Source: Candidatus Omnitrophota bacterium
GTDB taxonomy: Bacteria; Omnitrophota; Gorgyraeia; Zapsychrales; JAHFFX01
Direction of reading: 5' to 3'
NCBI GenBank assembly: GCA_023247725.1
Contig: JAHFFW010000015.1
Location: forward strand, 1-58,651
Length of the DNA: 58,651 nucleotides
Shown piece by piece: positions 9,220 to 17,720 of the stretch. Made by a program: the position numbers and the translations under genes. Each line of letters begins with the position of its first letter. Within the stretch, counting starts at the first letter, position 1. The notes under the pieces are model-generated. The model saw only the letters and a list, made by a program, of their open reading frames with translations, did no database searches and had not been told where the DNA came from.

Positions 9220-11091
9220 TTAAGTCCGATTCTGCAAGGTGCGCTTGCGCAAATAAATCATCAGGATCGAAATGGCCGCCGGTGTGATCCCGGAAATCCG
9301 ATTGGCCTGGCCAAGAGTGAGAGGCGAAAACCGCCGCAACTTTTCTTGGATTTCTCTGGATAATCCCGGAATCACCGAAAAATCCAAATCCGAGGGAAGC
9401 TTGATATTTTCGATGTGGCGGAAACGCTGGATCATTTTTTTCTGGCGTTCGATGTATCCTTCGTATTTGATCTCGTACTCCACCTGTTCAATAATTTCCG
9501 GAGGGAAATCTTTCAACTGCCCATCATAAGGGGCGACGAGAGAATACGAAACTTCCGGACGTTTGAGGATTTCACTCAACCGTGTTGGCTGACGCAGGGC
9601 CGGGCTGTTGACCTTTTCCAATTCACTATCGAGAGCGGTTCCAGGCCCGATCCGGGTTGTGCGCAGATGATCGAGTTCTCTTTCAATGGTTTCGTATTTT
9701 GACCGGACGCGGTCATAATTCGACTGATCGAGAAGACCGAAACTCAATGCATAATGCGCCAGGCGCCGGTCGGCGTTGTCTTCTCTAATAATAAGGCGAT
9801 GCTCGACACGGGAGGTGAACATCCGGTAGGGTTCTTCGGTTCCTTTGGTAACCAGGTCATCAATAAGAACACCAATATAGGCCTCATCGCGGCCAAGAAT
9901 AAAAGGCTCCTGACCTTTGATGTGCAACGCTGCATTGATCCCGGCGATGATGCCCTGGGCAGCGGCCTCCTCATAACCGGTCGTCCCATTGATTTGGCCG
10001 GCCAAAAAAAGGCCGTGGATCTTTTTGGTTTCCAGATAAGGCTTCAGTTCGGTCGGCGGGACAACCCCATGCTCAATCGAATATCCGGGGCGGATCATCT
10101 GGGCTTTTTCGAGCCCACGGATCGAGTGCACCATCCGCAATTGCACGTCGGCGGGCAAACCGGTCGAGATGCCGTTAGGATAAAATTCATCCGTATCGAG
10201 GCCTTCCGGCTCCAAAAACACATGGTGCGTGGGCTTATCCTGGAATTTCACGATTTTATCTTCGATGGACGGACAATAGCGCACACCCGTCGATTGAATG
10301 CGGCCAGAATACATGGGCGACAAATGCAAGGAAGAACGAATGATCTCATGAGTTTCCTCGGTCGTTCGCGTGATCCAGCAAGGGAGTAATTCCGAAGGCA
10401 GTTTTTTTGTGCGAAAAGAAAAAGGAACCGGCCGTTCGTCGGAATCCTGTCTTTCCATGACGCTAAAATCAATGGTGCGGCCGTCCAAACGCGGCGGGGT
10501 TCCTGTCTTAAAACTGAGCAGAGAAAACCCCAGCTCTTCGAGATGATCAGCTAAGGGATAGGAAGCTGGTTCTCCCACTCTTCCGCCCGGAGCGATGGAT
10601 TCACCAACATGGATGCGGCCACGCAGGAATGTTCCGGTTGTTATAACTACGGTCTTCGCCGCAATCATTCCATGATTGGCGGTTTGAATCCCGGTCACTT
10701 GGCCATGATGGACCACAAGTCGCAACACCTGGTCTTCCAAAATCTGAAGATTTGGCTGATTAAGAATAATTTTTTGCATGTAGAGCTTGTACCGCTTGCG
10801 ATCGGACTGACAGCGCGAGGAACGAACGGCCGCTCCTTTGGAGGCATTGAGCTGCCGGAACTGGATTCCGGTCGCATCCGCGGCCAGACCCATTTCTCCG
10901 CCGAGGGCATCAATCTCTTTGACCAGTTGACCTTTACCGACGCCACCGATGGCCGGATTGCAACTCATTTGGCCGATCGTATCCTTGGCCAACGTCACCA
11001 TAAGGGAGCTGCCTCCCATGCGGCTTGTTGCCAAAGTCGCTTCGATGCCGGCATGACCGGCGCCAATCACAATGCAATCATAATTCTTCAT
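9220..11091 (-). CDS. mnmG: tRNA uridine-5-carboxymethylaminomethyl modification enzyme MnmG (GidA)
   Basis: 623 aa, N-terminal FAD motif VIGAGHAGIEA, and full-length GidA-like sequence. Confidence 0.97.
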   Translation of the reverse strand: MKNYDCIVIGAGHAGIEATLATSRMGGSSLMVTLAKDTIGQMSCNPAIGGVGKGQLVKEIDALGGEMGLAADATGIQFRQLNASKGAAVRSSRCQSDRKRYKLYMQKIILNQPNLQILEDQVLRLVVHHGQVTGIQTANHGMIAAKTVVITTGTFLRGRIHVGESIAPGGRVGEPASYPLADHLEELGFSLLSFKTGTPPRLDGRTIDFSVMERQDSDERPVPFSFRTKKLPSELLPCWITRTTEETHEIIRSSLHLSPMYSGRIQSTGVRYCPSIEDKIVKFQDKPTHHVFLEPEGLDTDEFYPNGISTGLPADVQLRMVHSIRGLEKAQMIRPGYSIEHGVVPPTELKPYLETKKIHGLFLAGQINGTTGYEEAAAQGIIAGINAALHIKGQEPFILGRDEAYIGVLIDDLVTKGTEEPYRMFTSRVEHRLIIREDNADRRLAHYALSFGLLDQSNYDRVRSKYETIERELDHLRTTRIGPGTALDSELEKVNSPALRQPTRLSEILKRPEVSYSLVAPYDGQLKDFPPEIIEQVEYEIKYEGYIERQKKMIQRFRHIENIKLPSDLDFSVIPGLSREIQEKLRRFSPLTLGQANRISGITPAAISILMIYLRKRTLQNRT

Positions 11092-11119
11092 GGTTTGGGA
11101 ATTAAGTCAGGGATGGATT

Positions 11120-11284
11120 TTACGTTTTTCGTGTGAACAAACTGTTGATGAGGGCAAAAAATAAAAGGACCGCCACAATGAGATTTACATCCGTGTACTG
11201 GAACTTTGTAAATGTCACGAGCAAGATGCCCAGAAGCGACGCCGCCCACAACAAATACATGACAATCGTGATGAATTGGTTCAC
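11120..11284 (-). CDS. Possible 54-aa two-TM small membrane protein (not in the ORF track)
   Basis: GTG start 7 nt after GAGGAG. Translation is VNQFITIVMYLLWAASLLGILLVTFTKFQYTDVNLIVAVLLFFALINSLFTRKT. It lies between a predicted promoter and mnmG. Confidence 0.3.
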   Translation of the reverse strand: MNQFITIVMYLLWAASLLGILLVTFTKFQYTDVNLIVAVLLFFALINSLFTRKT

Positions 11285-11342
11285 GAAAGCTCCTCTGGTT
11301 AAGCCCCCAGGTCTCCGAAATCTAAAATTTAAAATTGCCTAT

Positions 11343-11371
11343 ACCCTAGCGCCAAACCGCAATATTGTCAA
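11343..11371 (-). promoter_or_regulatory. Candidate sigma70 promoter for the small ORF and mnmG
   Basis: The minus strand reads TTGACA, a 17-nt spacer, then TAGGGT, just downstream of the GC hairpin at 11389-11424. Confidence 0.4.
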
Positions 11372-11388
11372 TCCTGCATGCGGCTGTC

Positions 11389-11424
11389 GGCGGCCCGCCT
11401 CAAAGACAACGCCGGCGGGCCGCC
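11389..11424 (-). terminator. GC-rich stem-loop ending the treZ-treY unit
   Basis: GGCGGCCCGCC...GGCGGGCCGCC forms a perfect 11-bp stem 8 nt after the stop at 11432. There is no clear U-tract. Confidence 0.45.
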
Positions 11425-11431
11425 GCCGAAG

Positions 11432-11719
11432 TTATCTTTTATAACCGTATTTCGCGTAATCGATGCCAATCTCTTCCATGTCGCATTTCATGGGACCATG
11501 GAATCCAAACGGGGTTTCCGCAAAAAAAGCATCCACCATTTCTTTCTCGGTGATCTGAAGGAGATTTTGGGAGCGGACAATCTCTTCGGCTTTTTGAGAA
11601 ACCTTTTTTTCTGCAATTGCTCGAAGGAAAATCGGAATCTTCTGCATCATCTTTCGAAATTTCTCCTGTGTTGCTTGTTCCCAGATGCTATCCTTTTGCT
11701 CATCGGAAAAATTCATCAT
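11432..11719 (-). CDS. Small PCP_red-like domain protein (tentative)
   Basis: 95 aa; the W..A...L.K.P.F.R......E pattern resembles the protochlorophyllide-reductase C-terminal-type domain. GGAGG RBS precedes the ATG at 11719. Confidence 0.5.
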   Translation of the reverse strand: MMNFSDEQKDSIWEQATQEKFRKMMQKIPIFLRAIAEKKVSQKAEEIVRSQNLLQITEKEMVDAFFAETPFGFHGPMKCDMEEIGIDYAKYGYKR

Positions 11720-11774
11720 GACCCTCCACCCACTCTCACTCTCACCCCCGGGGTGAAAGTGGGTCCTTGACATT

Positions 11775-14561
11775 TTACAGGCGTGATATCAATAAGGCCA
11801 CGGGAAAATCGCGCAAAATGTCCCCGAGAAAAAGGTGATTGCCTTCCAAAACCTGGCGGGTGAAGGCATTCTCCCAAACGGAAGGTGCGGCCTTTGGCAA
11901 AACAATCTGGGTATTCTCCCAGAGAGTTCGACCCAAGGGCCAGCCTTCCTTAATCAGGGAGGTCAAAAGCCTCGGAGCGAGGCAAAGGGACCAGACGCGG
12001 CCATAACGCCGGATAAAGCCTAAAACATGTGAAGCATGCTGGCCAAGCACGGGCACCGGCAAGTAATCTCCGTCTAGGAATAAATTTGTCTGAGCATTGC
12101 GGACCTGTAATGCTCTTTCGGTGAGAAAAAGTTTAATCCGTCCATCCGAGGCCGAGCCTAACAAATTTTTTAATAACCCTCCCAGATCCTGCGTGGCACA
12201 AGCCGTCAATTCCTCCAACAATTTTGAGCGCCATTCAAAATCCACCGGTCGCCGGTTATCCGGATCAACATAGGAAAGATCCCACAATTCTGTTCCTTGA
12301 TAAAAATCCACGACCCCCGGAGAACAGATCTTGACCAGGGTCGCAGAAAGGGAATTGATGACGCCGAAATGCGCAATCTTTTTCTGAAAGCCCAGGAAAT
12401 CTTTTAAAAATGCATTGTCCCCAGCAGTATTAAGAACATCGTCAATGAAAGTCAGATAGGCCTCTTCATAAAGCGTATCGGGTTTGAGCCACGCTGTATA
12501 AACCTTGGCCTCACGCACGGCCTTAATGATGTAGTCTTTTAGTCTTTGAACGAAATCCGCAGACACCTCCGGGGAAAAGGGAAAACCGCCAATCAAATTC
12601 TGATAGAAAAAATACGCATCATTTTTATCGGGAACCGTCTTTTGGCGAACCGTGTGTTTTTTCTTCTTATTCAGGCGTTCCCAGAGTTTGATCTTTGTCT
12701 CCCATTCCTTGGGGATTTCGGAGAGCACATGGAGGCGACAACGAACATCCTCTCCCCGTTTGGTATCGTGGCTGGAGGTCGCATTCATGGATAAAGGCCA
12801 GCTCTCTTTCCGTCGGAGAATAAACCGATGAAATTCCGGCACACTGATGCCAAAGCGATCGGGAAAACCGCCAACCTCATTGAGCGACAAGAGCCGATTA
12901 TAAACATAGAGAACGGTGTCTTCAAAACCCTTGGCCATGACCGCTGCCGTCAGTTGTTGAAAACGCATGATGAAATGGATGCTGAGCCTGCGGCCTTCTT
13001 CGTCGAGATGATCACCGGTTTGGAAGAAAAACAGTTTTTCTAAAAAACGCAGTTCATGTAAAAGATCCGGATTCTTATCGATCGCCGCGGCGATCATCGC
13101 TCGGATGCAGTTTTGATCGGCCGCCGTCATCTGGTCTGGACTCAAATAAGTTCGATAAACAGGATACACGGCGACCAATTCCACAAGGGCCCGCCTTAAT
13201 CCATACAAGGTGAAATCTCCGGCGTGACGTTCCCGAGAAAGGATGGTTTTTAATAAAAGCGCGAGGTTATCAATGTCTCCGGCCATATGCTTGCCCATGA
13301 TGAGACGTTTTTTGGCGCTCACGAGCTCCGCATAAGGCAAACGCGAATCCCGCCAGTCATTATAAATGGCATCAAAGGCGCGCCGGTTGCGCTTTTCACA
13401 AAAGACCCCATTGAGATAATTCAAAAAATCATAACCGGTCGTTCCTTCCACAGGCCATACGGACGGAAGCTCCTCTTCGTAGGCAAAAATTTTTTCGACA
13501 ACCAAATAAGTTGGGCCGATTTCTTTACGAAGCCTACGCAAATATTCCAGGGGGTTATAAAGTCCGTCGATGTGGTCAACTCGCAAACCATCGATGCGTC
13601 CTTCGCGAACTAGTTTTAAAATGAGAGCATGCGTGGCATAAAATGTTTCTTCTTGTTCGACCCGAATCGAAATCAATTCGCCAATGTTAAAAAATCGGCG
13701 GTAATTCAATTCCTCCGCCGCCACTTTCCAGTAAGAAAGACGAAACCGTTGCCTGGTCAAAAACGCGTCGAGTTGATCAAAACTGCTGGGTTCCCCTGGT
13801 TGGCCATTCATGCCACGCACCGTCTCCTGCAAAGATTCTTTAAGGATCGCCTGGCCGTTATACAAATCCCAAAGCCGGCGCTTGGCCTCGCCGAGTTTTT
13901 CTTCCATGCCGGCGGCAGGCGGCGGCATGGCGGCTTCCTTAAATAGGCTCATCAACTCTTCCAAATCGGCCATCAGTATTGTGGCGGAATTTTTGGCGGA
14001 AAGTTTGGTGCGGATTTTTTCCAATATTTCCGGATAGGATTCAATGGCAACTGGAAATCGTTTTTCAAAATATTGGATACCGAATCCTTCCCGGCCATAA
14101 GCCAACTGGATTTCTCCACTTTCCAGAGCCTGCCCATAAAATTTTCCAAGAAACGGCGCCAAGACCTTGCCATGGATATTGGTGTAAGGATGTTCCCAAT
14201 TGATATCAAAAAATGTAAAAAATTTTGATCGGGGTCCTTTTTCCAGAACATCCATGAGCATGGAGTTGGCACTGTCAAAGGCCATATGATTGGGAACGAT
14301 GTCCTGAATCCATCCCAAGCCCAAGGTCCGGACTTCCTGGTTGAGCTGGAGAAACTGTGTCTCGGCGCCTAGCTCGAGATCAATAGAACCCGGATCGACG
14401 ACGTCATAACCATGGGGGCTGCCTTTACACGATTTCAAAATGGGTGACGCATAAATCGTCGAGATCCCTAACCGTTTCAAATAGGGAATAACCCCGCGGG
14501 CCTGCGCAAATGTAAAGTCAGAATTAAATTGCAATCGATATGTGGCGATGGGAATGGGCAT
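11775..14561 (-). CDS. treY: Malto-oligosyltrehalose synthase
   Basis: 928 aa with an ATYRLQFN-type N-terminus and GH13 blocks (GLRVDHIDGL). It is adjacent to treZ. Confidence 0.93.
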   Translation of the reverse strand: MPIPIATYRLQFNSDFTFAQARGVIPYLKRLGISTIYASPILKSCKGSPHGYDVVDPGSIDLELGAETQFLQLNQEVRTLGLGWIQDIVPNHMAFDSANSMLMDVLEKGPRSKFFTFFDINWEHPYTNIHGKVLAPFLGKFYGQALESGEIQLAYGREGFGIQYFEKRFPVAIESYPEILEKIRTKLSAKNSATILMADLEELMSLFKEAAMPPPAAGMEEKLGEAKRRLWDLYNGQAILKESLQETVRGMNGQPGEPSSFDQLDAFLTRQRFRLSYWKVAAEELNYRRFFNIGELISIRVEQEETFYATHALILKLVREGRIDGLRVDHIDGLYNPLEYLRRLRKEIGPTYLVVEKIFAYEEELPSVWPVEGTTGYDFLNYLNGVFCEKRNRRAFDAIYNDWRDSRLPYAELVSAKKRLIMGKHMAGDIDNLALLLKTILSRERHAGDFTLYGLRRALVELVAVYPVYRTYLSPDQMTAADQNCIRAMIAAAIDKNPDLLHELRFLEKLFFFQTGDHLDEEGRRLSIHFIMRFQQLTAAVMAKGFEDTVLYVYNRLLSLNEVGGFPDRFGISVPEFHRFILRRKESWPLSMNATSSHDTKRGEDVRCRLHVLSEIPKEWETKIKLWERLNKKKKHTVRQKTVPDKNDAYFFYQNLIGGFPFSPEVSADFVQRLKDYIIKAVREAKVYTAWLKPDTLYEEAYLTFIDDVLNTAGDNAFLKDFLGFQKKIAHFGVINSLSATLVKICSPGVVDFYQGTELWDLSYVDPDNRRPVDFEWRSKLLEELTACATQDLGGLLKNLLGSASDGRIKLFLTERALQVRNAQTNLFLDGDYLPVPVLGQHASHVLGFIRRYGRVWSLCLAPRLLTSLIKEGWPLGRTLWENTQIVLPKAAPSVWENAFTRQVLEGNHLFLGDILRDFPVALLISRL

Positions 14562-14568
14562 ACAATTT

Positions 14569-16422
14569 TCAGACGTCTTGGGAAATGGTTGGATTTAATG
14601 GCGATTGGTAAAGAACCATGCACCGAGCCGCAAGCCGGATTTCCTGAGTTTTTGTTATTTCCTGGGGAGACAAAGGTCCGGGGCCTTTCCATTCCTGAGC
14701 CGAAGAATCCAACGTTTTCTTCCAGATTGATCCATTCGGTATGGAAATCTTCGTGGATTGTTCTGCCTCCTGAAAATTCGCGATCAATAGGATTTGCTGC
14801 TGGGCGCACCAGCGCCGATTAAGCAAAATAAGCCGTTTGGCGTCGGAAGAAGCTTCCTGATCCTCGATTCTTCCTTGAAAAAAAACAGGAAGGCTACGAC
14901 GCAATTCGAGTAATCGTTTGTACCAACACAGCAGGGTTCTATGCGGTTGCGAATTTCTTTTTTCCCATTGCAATCGGGACTGGTCAAATGTGGATGGATC
15001 AGGCGGTGGCGGAAGTTCCCCTTTCCAATCAAAATTTTTGAATTCCGCTCGACGACCTTCAAGGACCGCTTGGTTCAATTTTGGATCCTCATAGTTAACA
15101 AAAAATAAAAATGGATTGGTTTCGCCGTATTCCTCCCCCATAAAAAGCAAGGGTAAATAGGGAGAAAGGATCGTGAGACCCGAAGCCAACTTCAAAGATT
15201 CGAAAGAAACCAAGCCTGGCAATCGTTCGCCCATCATCCGGTTACCCACTTGATCATGATTTTGGGAACACGCCACAAACTGCTCCTGTCGGCAGCCTTG
15301 CGGGCTATGGCCATGATGACGCCTTCGCGCCGACGAGTAATCCCAGGTAAAAACATAGGCCTGACGAAACGCCTTGGCCAATTGATCCAAAGAGCCAAAG
15401 TCCGCATAATATCCTATGTTCTCGCCGGTTAACAACGCATGAAGACAATGATGAAAATCGTCAGACCATTGCGCATCGAGACCAAGTCCTCCCAGCTGTT
15501 CCGCACGGATAAGGCGGCTATCGTTCGAATCGCTTTCAGCGATGAGATAGCGAGGGAAAGGGCTGGTTCGATTAAATTCCCGCACTGCCTCAGCAAGTTC
15601 TTGCAAAAAGGGTTTGGCGCTCTGATCCAAGATACTATGAACGGCATCCAACCGCAGGGCATCGATGTGATAATCCCGAAGCCACATGAGTACATTCTCG
15701 ATAAAAAAATTTCTAACCTCATCGCTGTCGGGTCCGTCAAAATTGATGGCCGGCCCCCAGGGCGTCTTATAACGATCGGTGAAATAGGGGCCGAACCGCG
15801 AGAGGTAATTTCCTTCCGGACCCAAATGATTATAGACAACATCAAGAACAACCGCCAATCCCTGACGATGGCACGCATCGACAAGCGCCTTGAGTCCACG
15901 AGGGCCGCCGTAAGAATTCTGAACCGCAAAGGGAAATGCCCCATCATACCCCCAATTGCGCGAACCAGGAAATTGGGCCACGGGCATGAGCTCAATGGCC
16001 GTCACACCCAAATCACCAAGATCTTTTAAACGCTTCATAACGCCAGCAAATGTTCCTTCCGTGGAAAATGTTCCTACGTGCAGTTCATAAAAAATCATAT
16101 GTTTCAAAGCCACTCCCATCCATGACGAATCGGCCCATAAAAATTGCTCATGGTCGACCACCTCCGAAGGACCATGAACTCCCTCCGGCTGAAAACAGGA
16201 CGCTGGATCTGGCAGAGTCTGTGTTTTGTCCAAATCAAAAAGATAGCTTGCCCCGGGCTTAAAATCTCCCGGCAACTTCGCTGTCCAATATCCCCGCTCT
16301 TGCGGCTGCAAAACAATCCGCCGTCGCTGCGGTTTGATAATCTGCAGCACCAGTTCTTTCACCAAAGGGGCCCAAACCCTCACGACGGAGCCGTTGGGAC
16401 TATAAGAAACGCCGAGAGTCAT
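14569..16422 (-). CDS. treZ: Malto-oligosyltrehalose trehalohydrolase
   Basis: 617 aa with GH13 blocks (VVYNHLGPEGNY, ALRLDAVH, AESD) and a TreZ-type N-terminal domain. Confidence 0.93.
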   Translation of the reverse strand: MTLGVSYSPNGSVVRVWAPLVKELVLQIIKPQRRRIVLQPQERGYWTAKLPGDFKPGASYLFDLDKTQTLPDPASCFQPEGVHGPSEVVDHEQFLWADSSWMGVALKHMIFYELHVGTFSTEGTFAGVMKRLKDLGDLGVTAIELMPVAQFPGSRNWGYDGAFPFAVQNSYGGPRGLKALVDACHRQGLAVVLDVVYNHLGPEGNYLSRFGPYFTDRYKTPWGPAINFDGPDSDEVRNFFIENVLMWLRDYHIDALRLDAVHSILDQSAKPFLQELAEAVREFNRTSPFPRYLIAESDSNDSRLIRAEQLGGLGLDAQWSDDFHHCLHALLTGENIGYYADFGSLDQLAKAFRQAYVFTWDYSSARRRHHGHSPQGCRQEQFVACSQNHDQVGNRMMGERLPGLVSFESLKLASGLTILSPYLPLLFMGEEYGETNPFLFFVNYEDPKLNQAVLEGRRAEFKNFDWKGELPPPPDPSTFDQSRLQWEKRNSQPHRTLLCWYKRLLELRRSLPVFFQGRIEDQEASSDAKRLILLNRRWCAQQQILLIANFQEAEQSTKISIPNGSIWKKTLDSSAQEWKGPGPLSPQEITKTQEIRLAARCMVLYQSPLNPTISQDV

Positions 16423-16440
16423 GAGTCTAAATTTTGAATA

Positions 16441-16549
16441 TTACTGACCAACGCATAAATCATAGTACTCGTCTTCTTGTCAAAAGTTAGTGCCTGCGTT
16501 GGCAATACTGCTTCCGTAAATATTCTATTCTTTATACGGAAGTCAGTAA
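16441..16549. repeat. Family-1 structured repeat, copy B (reference copy)
   Basis: TTACTGAC (16441-16448) and GTCAGTAA (16542-16549) are inverted termini. Internal stems are ACCAACGC/GCGTTGG and CTTCCGTA/TACGGAAG. Confidence 0.65.
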
Positions 16550-16699
16550 AATGGTTTAAAGGAATGACGAATGGCTCGGCCTCGACGGAAAACCGACCTT
16601 GAGCCAGGGAAGAAAGGCTGGGTTTGACCAGAAATGCATTTTGCATTTTTCCAGTCTAACAAAATAAGGTTAAAATTTTATTAGAAAATTATTAGAATA

Positions 16700-17704
16700 C
16701 TACACAGGCAGGGCCCCGCAAGATTCTCGGATGATCAACTTAGGGGGCATGATCACTTTAACCGGGGCTTTTTTCTTTCCGGAAACAATGGCATTGAGCA
16801 ATTTAACGGAGTCCTCGGCCATTTGAAAAAGCGGTTGTTTGATCGTCGTTAAGGCCACGGGACCATAAATGGCAGCCGGATTATCATCGAATCCGATGAT
16901 GGAAATATCCTGGGGAATCCGCAATCCTTTTTCCATAATAACGGCCATCATTTCTAAGGCCATCTCATCACTGGCGGCAAAGATCGCGGTGGGGCGCTCT
17001 TTTAAACTCAGTAACTGTTCCGCAGCCTGGCGGGCGGAGCGACGAGAATAGTCTCCCTCATAAATGTATTCATTCTGCAAAGGGATTCGGTGTTTGGTCA
17101 ACGCCTTTTTGTACCCTTCCAAACGCTGCGCCCCGGCCTGAGTATGCAGATTGCCGGTGACCGTGGCAATCCGTCGATGTCCCAAGCTAAACAAATAATC
17201 AACAGCGGTATATCCTCCCGTCTCATTGTCAACCGCCACGTAGTTGACATCCAGATCATCGGCAATATTGTTAATGATCATGCAGGGAATGCCTTCCTCT
17301 AAGGTGGTCATGACCTGTTTGCGATTTTCAATGATATCGGCAAAGATCACTCCGCCGACATTGTTGGAATTAAATGGATTAAATCCATTGGTAATATGGA
17401 AAATGAGATCGAGACGCAGAGTTTCGCAGGCGTGGCCAATGCCGCGAATCAGCTCCACCCCATAGAAGGAGTGAAAAATTCCCGGATAACCGGGCATAAC
17501 CAACCCAACAGAATTGTTAAGCCCTCTGGCGAGGCGCTGGGCGCTGACATTGGGCTTGAACTTGAGGGAGACAATGGCCTCTTCAACCCTGGCCAGATTC
17601 TTTTTGCTGACGGAAGGATGACGATTGATCACCCGCGAAACGGTCGTAATGGATACGCCCGCCCGATGGGCTACATCTTCAATGCTAATTTTTTTCTGAA
17701 TCAC
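16700..17704 (-). CDS. LacI-family transcriptional regulator
   Basis: HTH IEDVAHRAGVSITTVSRVIN followed by a periplasmic-binding-type sugar domain. The in-frame GTG at 17704 gives a canonical N-terminus and avoids overlap with the upstream gene. Confidence 0.85.
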   Translation of the reverse strand: MIQKKISIEDVAHRAGVSITTVSRVINRHPSVSKKNLARVEEAIVSLKFKPNVSAQRLARGLNNSVGLVMPGYPGIFHSFYGVELIRGIGHACETLRLDLIFHITNGFNPFNSNNVGGVIFADIIENRKQVMTTLEEGIPCMIINNIADDLDVNYVAVDNETGGYTAVDYLFSLGHRRIATVTGNLHTQAGAQRLEGYKKALTKHRIPLQNEYIYEGDYSRRSARQAAEQLLSLKERPTAIFAASDEMALEMMAVIMEKGLRIPQDISIIGFDDNPAAIYGPVALTTIKQPLFQMAEDSVKLLNAIVSGKKKAPVKVIMPPKLIIRESCGALPV

Positions 17705-17720
17705 GGCAAAAATGAGGCTG

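Noticed and set aside
9754-10389. Long antisense ORFs inside well-supported genes (for example 9754-10389, 1016-1639, 15439-16029, 15429-15995, 35596-36435, 40333-40911, 47298-47915, 34200-34715)
   Set aside because: They are shadow frames of strongly supported genes on the opposite strand or in another frame, with odd composition and no motifs.
16441-16549. Hammerhead or other small self-cleaving ribozyme in the three-stem family-1 element
   Set aside because: The CUGAUGA and GAAA core boxes are absent on both strands, and no twister or pistol-type conserved cores were recognised.
16419-16646. 75-aa ORF between the LacI gene and treZ
   Set aside because: It is made largely of the family-1 repeat, whose stems are conserved while the loop is replaced. 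It has no RBS, no family features, and its stop overlaps the treZ start. It is treated as non-coding.
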